Positions 36,157 to 43,643 of a DNA stretch of 45,437 bases are shown piece by piece. The notes beneath the pieces were generated by a model. The model was not told the DNA's origin. It saw only the letters and a program-made list of their open reading frames with translations, and ran no database searches. The translations under genes were made by a program, and so were the position numbers. Source of the stretch: Candidatus Kapaibacterium sp. (lineage in GTDB: Bacteria > Bacteroidota > Ignavibacteria > Kapaibacteriales > UBA2268). The stretch lies in contig JAPLFM010000187.1 in NCBI GenBank assembly GCA_026390675.1, forward strand, positions 2,012 to 47,448, given 5' to 3'. Each line of letters opens with the position of its first letter. Position 1 is the first letter of the stretch.

Positions 36157-36257
36157 ACATAAAAAAAGAAGTCAAAGCAAAATGCTATGACTTCAATACT
36201 CGATAAACAAAGATTCATACCGTCAAAAGATCAATCTTTGCTTGCAGGTAACTGCAA
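36157..36257 (+). repeat. Element B, copy 1: conserved inter-cassette non-coding element with three hairpins
   Basis: Hairpin 1: gaagtca-a-agca-aaa-tgct-a-tgacttc (36168-36194), preceded by an A7 run. Hairpin 2: caaagatt-N17-aatctttg (36208-36240). Hairpin 3: ttgcag-gtaa-ctgcaa (36242-36257). Homologous copies lie at 39441-39542 and 42808-42880. Confidence 0.85.
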
Positions 36258-36349
36258 AAATAATATTTTATATGCAATATACCAAATAAAATCAAAATGT
36301 ATATTGCTTTCTTTAATGTTCAATGAGCAAAGTGCTTAAAGAACTAAAA

Positions 36350-36357
36350 TATTTTTG
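36350..36357 (+). promoter_or_regulatory. Candidate Bacteroidota-type -7 promoter element (TATTTTTG) proximal to S1
   Basis: It matches TAnnTTTG and ends 23 nt before the S1 ATG. The same octamer sits at the equivalent place before S3. An AAGGA Shine-Dalgarno-like sequence follows. Confidence 0.3.
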
Positions 36358-36380
36358 TAACGAATTAAGGAAACTAAAAA

Positions 36381-36998
36381 ATGAAAAAAATAATATTAAG
36401 TGCATTGCTATATGTAATGCTAATATCTGTGAATTGTGATAATTTGGTGGCAGATTGTCCACCAAATTACATCCAACAAATAATTTTGTACTCAATACCT
36501 GGAACAAATTGTGTAGCAAAAGTAGAAGTTTGTTATCAATGTACACCAACAAATAGTGGTAATGTAAATATTGGTGCGATTGAAATATATGATTGCGACG
36601 ACAGACAAAATGCTTGGGGTGTTCTTAACGCAGATAATAGAAGTGCATTAATAAAATATGCTATTTTACATATTAATTATGGCAATTGCACTCCACCTCC
36701 TTGTGATCAAGGTGTTAAACAGTTTGTAGTAAGATCTAGTGCTTGTAACTATTATCAAAATGTTGTTGTAAATGGTGTAAAAATAGTTTCAAAATTGATT
36801 CCATGTAGTTCAGATGGCGCTTATTGTGAAAAAACTTATAATTTATGTTGGGATGGTACAACTATGTTAGTTACTTTAACAGGTTCTTATTTAATAGGTA
36901 TACCTAATTGTTCAACTATTCTACCGGAAATTGGTTCTTATCCATATAATTGGGATCAAAACTGGGAAACATATTGCTTTACAGCTGGCTGCAATTAA
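36381..36998 (+). CDS. S1: secreted cysteine-rich protein (14 Cys in the predicted mature part), unknown family
   Basis: 205 aa with signal peptide MKKIILSALLYVMLIS. Cys positions are colinear with S2 and S3, with motifs CPxx(Y/F), CxxC, CxxxPC, PCxxxGAYCExxYxxC(W/V)D and a C-terminal CFTxGCN. Confidence 0.85.
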   Translation: MKKIILSALLYVMLISVNCDNLVADCPPNYIQQIILYSIPGTNCVAKVEVCYQCTPTNSGNVNIGAIEIYDCDDRQNAWGVLNADNRSALIKYAILHINYGNCTPPPCDQGVKQFVVRSSACNYYQNVVVNGVKIVSKLIPCSSDGAYCEKTYNLCWDGTTMLVTLTGSYLIGIPNCSTILPEIGSYPYNWDQNWETYCFTAGCN

Positions 36999-37014
36999 TA
37001 AATAGGATTATATT

Positions 37015-39402
37015 ATGAAAAAATTAGTTTTAGCATTTCTTATTTTAACAAGTGTTGCTATTTCATCACAAAATTTACCTTTTAAAATGGAAAGATTAAA
37101 TACTGATTTTAAGGGAGTAATTTATTTCAATAACACCATTTTTGCCTATGGCGATTATGGTGTTATTCTTTCAACTAAAGATTTTGGAAAAAATTGGAAA
37201 CAAAATGATATTGATGAAGATTCAGATATAAAAAATATAATTGAAATAAATGGTAGGTTAATAGGTATAGCTGGTTCGAATATTATTGAATATGATAATA
37301 TCAGAGATGTTTGGAATAAATATTTTATTAAAGATTCAATTATGTACAAAGATATTGCTTATGCAAATAGTCAAATTTTTTTAATTTCTGATAATAAAAT
37401 AAAGTCTTTTGATTTAAATTTTAATTTAATCATCGAAGATTTTATTAAAGATAACTCAAAATTTAAAGCTATTGAAACTAAAGATAATGAATTAAATATT
37501 CTAACTACAAATCTAAAATTGATAAAATATGATACTCAGAATAATTTCATTAAAGATTCAATAAATCTAAATAGTAAAATAAATTTTATAAGTACAGATA
37601 ATTTAGAATTTAAGATCATAGATAATGATTATTACTTAGGTTTAATTTCTGGATTACATAAAAGTATTGATGGTGGTTTTAATTGGAATAAAATTGATAC
37701 TATTTATAATACCTTTGAAGTAAAAAATAAAATAATTTATGAAATTTCTTCATTAAATAATCTTAAAACTCCTTCAGAAATTAATTTTAATAAATTTGAA
37801 CAAAATGTTAAAAAGAATATAAATCAAAATTATAAAAATAAAGATAGTACACGTTTAGTTTTCTCTTATGACTTCAAAGGATTTATTTTTATTTCAAATG
37901 ATACTATAGTTTCTGTTGGAGCAGATAAATTAATTGCTATGTCTATTGATGGAGGAAAAGACTGGGAAGTCATTTCTTATTTCAATACTTATTATGCTCA
38001 GCATGGCAATCAATTGCATATTGTAAACGATAGTTTGATATTTGCTTTAAATAGAAATTTTTGTATTAATAAATCTACTAATGGTGGTTTGACGTGGCTT
38101 CCCCAATATTTTAAATATAGGAATTCAAGTGATTATAAAATATTTAACGCTAACTACAATAATAATTGGGGTGAAAACAATACTTATTTTGATAATAAAG
38201 GAAATGGGATTTGTGTTTTAACTTCACGAGATTATATACAAGGGCAAGACTCAATAAATTTTATGAGAACCTTTGACTTTGGAAATACATACGAATATGG
38301 ATATAATAAAGGATTGGATATTGGAGATGGATTAATTGGAGCAAATTTTGTGAAATTTGATTCTAACCTAATTCTGCTCAGCTCAGACTATAATAGATTT
38401 GCACCTTCATATCAGAACACAAACTATATTAGATTGTCTAAATTTGATAATAAATTAAATTTTATTGAAAATATAAAAATTAATTATCAAAAAATACTTA
38501 AAATAATTTCTGATGAAAGTCAAAATTCATTTTTCTTAATAAAAGATAGTACTGGTATTAATTTATGTGAATATACAAGCGGAATAGACACATTTAGAAT
38601 ACTTTATAGTAAATTAAACTTTTTAGAAAATCAACAAATTAAAAGAATTCGATTATTAAATAATAATAAAAGAAAATATCTATTGTATTTCACTGATTCT
38701 ACATCAGGAGGGGAAGTTTTTGATGTACAAAGTGGTAAGTTTATAATAACAAAAAGAACTGTAATTGATACTTTGTTTTTTTATAATTTAGATACTAAAG
38801 AAACAATTGTTTCCTATGTAACTACTGATACAAACTCTCATTTGAGGAATTCTATTTATGGAGAGTCTTTTTTTAAAATAGATGATTCTTGTTTTCTTAG
38901 CACTTCTGATGGTATCATATTTAATGATAATATTTTTATTGATTGTAAAAATTGGGAGGAAATAAATGTTTCTACCTATTCTTTTTGGGGCATATTAAAA
39001 GGTAATAAATATATATTTTGTGTAAATAGTAATAAGGATTTTAGTGAAAGAAAATATGGAGGTGTTTTTAGGTTGTCTTTTTTAGAAAGTAAATCTTCAA
39101 TTGAAACTATTGAAGACCAAACATATTTCTATTCATATCCTCCATATCCTTTACCAGCAAGAAATGAGTTGAAATCATTAATTTATTGGGATATGAGTTA
39201 TAATATAGATGATTCTGATATTGGAGTTTATGATATTTATGGAAATAAAATAGCAAATAGAGAAAAGATAAGTATAAACAAATTAAATTCTTATTCAGGT
39301 TATCTTTCTTGGGATTGTACTGGGGTTGGTACTGGAGTTTATATAATACAGATTAAGCATGGCACTAATACACATAATATTAGAGCTATGGTGGTGCGGT
39401 AG
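37015..39402 (+). CDS. L1: secreted BNR/Asp-box-repeat propeller-like protein with a T9SS C-terminal sorting domain
   Basis: 795 aa, starting 16 nt after the S1 stop. It has a signal peptide and the BNR-like motifs STKDFGKNWKQ, KSIDGGFNWNK, MSIDGGKDWEV, KSTNGGLTWLP and RTFDFGNTYEYG. The tail EDQTYFYSYPPYPLP...GVYIIQIKHGTNTHNIRAMVVR is shared with L0 and L2. Confidence 0.85.
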   Translation: MKKLVLAFLILTSVAISSQNLPFKMERLNTDFKGVIYFNNTIFAYGDYGVILSTKDFGKNWKQNDIDEDSDIKNIIEINGRLIGIAGSNIIEYDNIRDVWNKYFIKDSIMYKDIAYANSQIFLISDNKIKSFDLNFNLIIEDFIKDNSKFKAIETKDNELNILTTNLKLIKYDTQNNFIKDSINLNSKINFISTDNLEFKIIDNDYYLGLISGLHKSIDGGFNWNKIDTIYNTFEVKNKIIYEISSLNNLKTPSEINFNKFEQNVKKNINQNYKNKDSTRLVFSYDFKGFIFISNDTIVSVGADKLIAMSIDGGKDWEVISYFNTYYAQHGNQLHIVNDSLIFALNRNFCINKSTNGGLTWLPQYFKYRNSSDYKIFNANYNNNWGENNTYFDNKGNGICVLTSRDYIQGQDSINFMRTFDFGNTYEYGYNKGLDIGDGLIGANFVKFDSNLILLSSDYNRFAPSYQNTNYIRLSKFDNKLNFIENIKINYQKILKIISDESQNSFFLIKDSTGINLCEYTSGIDTFRILYSKLNFLENQQIKRIRLLNNNKRKYLLYFTDSTSGGEVFDVQSGKFIITKRTVIDTLFFYNLDTKETIVSYVTTDTNSHLRNSIYGESFFKIDDSCFLSTSDGIIFNDNIFIDCKNWEEINVSTYSFWGILKGNKYIFCVNSNKDFSERKYGGVFRLSFLESKSSIETIEDQTYFYSYPPYPLPARNELKSLIYWDMSYNIDDSDIGVYDIYGNKIANREKISINKLNSYSGYLSWDCTGVGTGVYIIQIKHGTNTHNIRAMVVR

Positions 39403-39440
39403 TGAGGGGCATTTTGATATAATAGGGAAATATGACACCA

Positions 39441-39542
39441 ACATAAAAAAAGAAGTCAAAGCAAAATGCTCTGACTTCCAAACTGAAAAAAACAAAGATT
39501 GAGACCGACAAAAGTTTAATCTTTGCTTGCAGGTAACTGCAA
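39441..39542 (+). repeat. Element B, copy 2 (hairpins at 39452-39478, 39493-39525 and 39527-39542)
   Basis: It has the same three hairpins as copy 1. The stems are conserved while the 17-nt loop of hairpin 2 differs. There is no element A in front of this copy. Confidence 0.85.
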
Positions 39543-39621
39543 AAATAAGTTTTTTTAATCAAATAATAAGCTATATAAATGTTTTTGTATAGTATTTTTA
39601 AACAATTTTTGGAGTTTTTTT

Positions 39622-40254
39622 ATGAAAAAGATATTTTTAAGTGCATTGCTTTTTGTAATGCTAATCTCAATGAGTTATGAGTTGTCATACGCTTCTTGTC
39701 CAAGTGGATATTACTCAGGATTTGTTTATAAAAACATCTCAGGCTGTAACTTTAAAGTTACTTATTGTTATAAATGTGATCCAACAGGAGTAACTGATAT
39801 ACAATTAGATACTATTACTATTCCATTAGGTTGTAGCCTTTCTTTAGCACTAAATAATTTACAAGCAATAAGTGAAGCAGCAGTATATAACATTATTTCA
39901 ACTGGAGGCTGTACTACCCAACCTTGTGGCACTATACCACCTACAGTATATTCTATCAAAGTATCGACAAATATATGCAATAGAGTAGTCAATACTGTTT
40001 ATTTTAATGGAGTAGATTCGCTACATCTAAACACATTACTAATTCCTTGTGACCCAGGAGGGGCTTATTGTGAAAGACGATATGCAGTCTGTGTGGATAA
40101 TAACCAAACTCCACCTGTTTATTATACTAATTATTTGGGTAGTACTCCTTATGGTTCTCCTTCTTGTACAGCTGGTGTACCTACTTTACCACCTTCAGGT
40201 AAATCTATGGATGAATATTGGGATACTGGATGTTTTACAACTGGTTGTAATTAA
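39622..40254 (+). CDS. S2: secreted cysteine-rich protein, paralog of S1 and S3
   Basis: 210 aa. The signal peptide MKKIFLSALLFVMLISMSY is nearly identical to that of S1 and S3 at the nucleotide level. It has 14 colinear Cys and ends in CFTTGCN. Confidence 0.85.
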   Translation: MKKIFLSALLFVMLISMSYELSYASCPSGYYSGFVYKNISGCNFKVTYCYKCDPTGVTDIQLDTITIPLGCSLSLALNNLQAISEAAVYNIISTGGCTTQPCGTIPPTVYSIKVSTNICNRVVNTVYFNGVDSLHLNTLLIPCDPGGAYCERRYAVCVDNNQTPPVYYTNYLGSTPYGSPSCTAGVPTLPPSGKSMDEYWDTGCFTTGCN

Positions 40255-40269
40255 TTATAGGAAAGTATT

Positions 40270-42639
40270 ATGAAAAAGTTAGTTTTAGCCTTTCTTATTT
40301 TAGCAAGCATTGCTATTAATGCACAAACCTTACCTTTCAAAATGGAAAGGATGAATACTAATTTTAATAGTATTAGTTGTTTTAATAACACCATATTTGT
40401 CGGAGGCAAATATGGTGTTATTCTTTCGTCAAAAGACTTTGGTAAAAGTTGGAAAAAACAATTTATTGATGAAAACTTAACTATATATAAGTTTTTAAAA
40501 GTTGAAGATAGATTATTAGGTTTAGCATCAAATAAACTAATTGAGTTTGATAAATTAAGTGAAAATTGGAAAGTAGTTAATATGATTGATTCTACTCCAA
40601 TTCTAAACATTGAGTATTCAAATAATAATTTAATTGTATTATATCAAAACAAAGTAAAATTGTATGATAAAAATTTGAATTTGATAGAAGAAGATTTAAT
40701 AAAATCAGATTCAAGTTTTGTAAATTGTTCTTTAGATAAAAGTTTATTATATGTGATTTTAAAAGATTATATATTAATTAAATATGATTTGAATAATAAA
40801 AACATTACCCAAACTAATTTGAAAGATAGACTTAATTGTGATGCTTGCAAAGTATCAAAATTTGAAATCAAAGATAGTATTATTGTTTTTAAAACAAACA
40901 AAGGAATGTATATTAGTAAAAATAAAGGAACAGATTTCTTTGTAATAGGAAACACACTTACAACTTTTGAAATATTCAATAATGATATTTATGAGATTGA
41001 AAATAGTATTAAACCTTTAATTACAAAAGCTATTAGTACTATAGACTTTAATAAAATAACAAATAACCTAAGAAACAAACTATCAATTATAAATGAAGAT
41101 AGTTTGAGATTAAGTCATAGTTATCAATTTGAAGATTTGTGTTTTATGAATAAAGATATTATAATCGGAGTAGGAAATAATAATTTAATTTCTATTTCAT
41201 ATAATGGTGGAGTTACTTGGAAAGTGATATCTTATTTAGATAATAATCCAATTGAACAAAATAGATATGCAAAAATGTATTATGTTAACGATAGCTTAAT
41301 GTATGTGATGGGTGAAAATTTTGTTATATATAAGTCTCTAGATGCTGGCAATACATGGTTACCTCAATATTATACTTCAAATAAAATATACTTGGATTCA
41401 TATAATGATCTATTCCCAAATCAACACAATCTTTATTTTGATGAAAAAGGCTATGGAATTATTATTAACAATTCTTATGCAGTTAGAGATACATTTAAGA
41501 ATAAAAATAATATTAATTATATGATTACAAAAGACTTTGGAAATACTTATGAATATGGGTATAGTAGGAATATAGATAACTTAGGAAATATAGGGAATTA
41601 TTTTATTCCATCGGATAATAATATAACAATGTTTTGTACAAGTTCTTTTAAATTTCAAGGAGTTGATACATTAACTACATATTTAATATATTATATATTT
41701 GATAAAAATATGAAATATCTTTCAAAAAAAGTAGAAATTGGCAGACTATTAGATAAAGTAATTTTTGATGAATATAAAAATTGTTATATAGTTTTAAAAG
41801 AACAAAATGAGAAAAATATTTATAAATTTTCTCAATTAAATGGGAATTTAGAATTAATAAGAAAAAACATTGATTATTCTGATTTTGGTACTCAAATAAT
41901 AAACAATAAAGACAAATCACTTTCATTAATGTATTATAAGGAAATAGCTTCAGGTGGTCCAATAATAGTAAATAAGGAAGTTGTTATTACCCCAAGAAAG
42001 CTCATTGACACCTTATTCAACTTTAATTTAAGCGATAATACTAAGAAAGTTGAATATATTAATACGGACACTTTATTTAATATTTTTGATACTGGGTATG
42101 GAAATACATTTCATATAGTTGATAATTCATTTTATATTAATTGTGTAAATGGATTAATTAGAAAAAAAGATATAAATAATAGTAATAGTTGGGAAAAAAT
42201 ACCTATTCCAGGTTATATTTTATGTAGTGTATTTTACGGAGATAAATATAATTTATGCTATAATAAAGGTGATGCTTATGGGTCTGTTCAAGCTGGACTT
42301 TTCAAAATTATTCCAAATAATCCTATAACAACTGTCGAAATTCAAACAGAAGATTTTACATACTTTTACTCCTACCCACCTTTCCCAACACCTTCGATAA
42401 ATGTTGTGATGAGTTTGATTTATTGGGATATGAGTTATAATATAGATGATTCTGACATTGGAGTTTATGATATTTACGGAAATAAAGTAGCTGATAGAGA
42501 TAAGATAAGTATAAATAAACTAAATTCATATTCAGGTTATCTTACTTGGGATTGCTCAGGTATTGCTACTGGTGTTTATATGATACAAATCAAACATGGA
42601 ACTAATACTAATAATATCAGAGCTATGGTGGTGAGGTAA
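40270..42639 (+). CDS. L2: secreted BNR/Asp-box-repeat propeller-like protein with a T9SS C-terminal sorting domain
   Basis: 789 aa, starting 15 nt after the S2 stop. The N-terminal ~65 aa (MKKLVLAFLILASIAINAQTLPFKMERMNTNF...YGVILSSKDFGKSWKKQ) and the C-terminal ~97 aa closely match L1. The core is diverged. Confidence 0.85.
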   Translation: MKKLVLAFLILASIAINAQTLPFKMERMNTNFNSISCFNNTIFVGGKYGVILSSKDFGKSWKKQFIDENLTIYKFLKVEDRLLGLASNKLIEFDKLSENWKVVNMIDSTPILNIEYSNNNLIVLYQNKVKLYDKNLNLIEEDLIKSDSSFVNCSLDKSLLYVILKDYILIKYDLNNKNITQTNLKDRLNCDACKVSKFEIKDSIIVFKTNKGMYISKNKGTDFFVIGNTLTTFEIFNNDIYEIENSIKPLITKAISTIDFNKITNNLRNKLSIINEDSLRLSHSYQFEDLCFMNKDIIIGVGNNNLISISYNGGVTWKVISYLDNNPIEQNRYAKMYYVNDSLMYVMGENFVIYKSLDAGNTWLPQYYTSNKIYLDSYNDLFPNQHNLYFDEKGYGIIINNSYAVRDTFKNKNNINYMITKDFGNTYEYGYSRNIDNLGNIGNYFIPSDNNITMFCTSSFKFQGVDTLTTYLIYYIFDKNMKYLSKKVEIGRLLDKVIFDEYKNCYIVLKEQNEKNIYKFSQLNGNLELIRKNIDYSDFGTQIINNKDKSLSLMYYKEIASGGPIIVNKEVVITPRKLIDTLFNFNLSDNTKKVEYINTDTLFNIFDTGYGNTFHIVDNSFYINCVNGLIRKKDINNSNSWEKIPIPGYILCSVFYGDKYNLCYNKGDAYGSVQAGLFKIIPNNPITTVEIQTEDFTYFYSYPPFPTPSINVVMSLIYWDMSYNIDDSDIGVYDIYGNKVADRDKISINKLNSYSGYLTWDCSGIATGVYMIQIKHGTNTNNIRAMVVR

Positions 42640-42680
42640 TTGTGAATTACGAATTATGAATTATAAACAAACAAAAAAAC

Positions 42681-42807
42681 TTATTCAAAAGTATAATATC
42701 TTCAAATCTAAAAAGTAATCAAAATTCCTTTCAATGTATTTTGTGAAATAGTTATGTATTTTGTGAAATACCTATTTTTTTATTTGGTATTTTCATTTAT
42801 GTTTGAA
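42681..42807 (+). repeat. Element A, copy 2 (includes a 38-nt fragment of the 3' end of the LytTR gene)
   Basis: Exact duplicate of 35971-36097. Here it is fused directly to a 5'-truncated element B. Confidence 0.95.
42734..42770 (+). promoter_or_regulatory. Second copy of the 17-nt direct-repeat pair (candidate LytTR box), upstream of cassette 3
   Basis: ATGTATTTTGTGAAATA at 42734-42750 and 42754-42770, within element A copy 2. Confidence 0.4.
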
Positions 42808-42880
42808 CTCTGACTTCAATACTCGAAAAACAAAGATTATGACCCTACAAAGTACAATCTTTGCTTGCAGGTAACTGCAA
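42808..42880 (+). repeat. Element B, copy 3 (left arm of hairpin 1 deleted; hairpins 2 and 3 intact)
   Basis: Only the right arm ctgacttc of hairpin 1 remains. Hairpin 2 is caaagatt (42831-38) N17 aatctttg (42856-63). Hairpin 3 is ttgcag gtaa ctgcaa (42865-80). Homology with copy 1 continues down to the S3 start codon. Confidence 0.85.
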
Positions 42881-42970
42881 AAATAAGTATTTATACGTAA
42901 TATACCAAATTAAATCAAAATGTATATTACTTTCTCTAAAGCTCTATAAGTTTAGAGCTTAAACAACTAA

Positions 42971-42978
42971 TATTTTTG
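42971..42978 (+). promoter_or_regulatory. Candidate -7 promoter element (TATTTTTG) proximal to S3
   Basis: It is the same octamer, with the same spacing to the ATG, as before S1. Confidence 0.3.
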
Positions 42979-43002
42979 TAAAAAAATTAAGGAAACTAAA
43001 AA

Positions 43003-43623
43003 ATGAAGAAAATAATATTAAGTGCATTGCTATTTGTAATGCTAATTTCGATGAGTTATCAAAGTGCAGAGGCTACATGTCCGACAGGATTTACTGAATA
43101 TACTCAAACAATTACTTATGGTGGATGTGAATGGACAGTAATATTTTGTGTGAAGTGTGGTGTCACTACTGGTTACAATGAAGTTTGGATTCAACAATTT
43201 TCAATTCAAAATTCATCTTGCTATACTTACTTCACGGCACATTCACAAGAAGTTATAGATGCAATAGCAGCAAATGTAACTTTATTGACTGCCGATATTT
43301 GTGGAATTAAACCACCTTGTGGTAGTGGAATAAGATATACTTATGTTTACCTTGCAACATGTTGGCAAAATATGCATGTTGTTAATAGTACTGAAGATTA
43401 TTTTGTACAAAGATTTTGTAGCGATATTGAATTTTGTAAGTCAACATATTCGACTTGTTGGGATTATTCAGTAACGCCTGCTACACCTGTTTTGACTTTA
43501 ATAGGCAAACAGCATTACGGTACTCCACAATGTGCACGAAATAATAATAAACCAAGTGATTTTGATAATCCAACTCCTCCAAATAATTGGTCTTCTTGTT
43601 GGGAAGAATTTCTTTGCAAATAA
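43003..43623 (+). CDS. S3: secreted cysteine-rich protein, the most diverged paralog
   Basis: 206 aa with signal peptide MKKIILSALLFVMLISMSYQSAEA. It has 14 colinear Cys and a C-terminal CWEEFLCK instead of CFTxGCN. Confidence 0.85.
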   Translation: MKKIILSALLFVMLISMSYQSAEATCPTGFTEYTQTITYGGCEWTVIFCVKCGVTTGYNEVWIQQFSIQNSSCYTYFTAHSQEVIDAIAANVTLLTADICGIKPPCGSGIRYTYVYLATCWQNMHVVNSTEDYFVQRFCSDIEFCKSTYSTCWDYSVTPATPVLTLIGKQHYGTPQCARNNNKPSDFDNPTPPNNWSSCWEEFLCK

Positions 43624-43643
43624 TTTATATATAAAAGGTATTT

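Noticed and set aside
36168-36194. Hairpin 1 of element B as a + strand terminator of the LytTR gene, or of L1 for the copy at 39452
   Set aside because: The homopolymer run (A7) lies 5' of the stem on the + strand and no U-tract follows it. It only looks like an intrinsic terminator when read on the minus strand.
36313-36552. 79-aa minus-strand ORF overlapping the S1 start. The same applies to the antisense ORFs 37155..37349, 39295..39495, 39768..39992, 40251..40610, 40767..40979 and 41675..41962, and to the alternative-frame + strand ORFs 40049..40273 and 41342..41524.
   Set aside because: All are antisense or alternative-frame ORFs within the well-supported S and L genes, of the kind AT-rich DNA readily produces. 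None has independent support.
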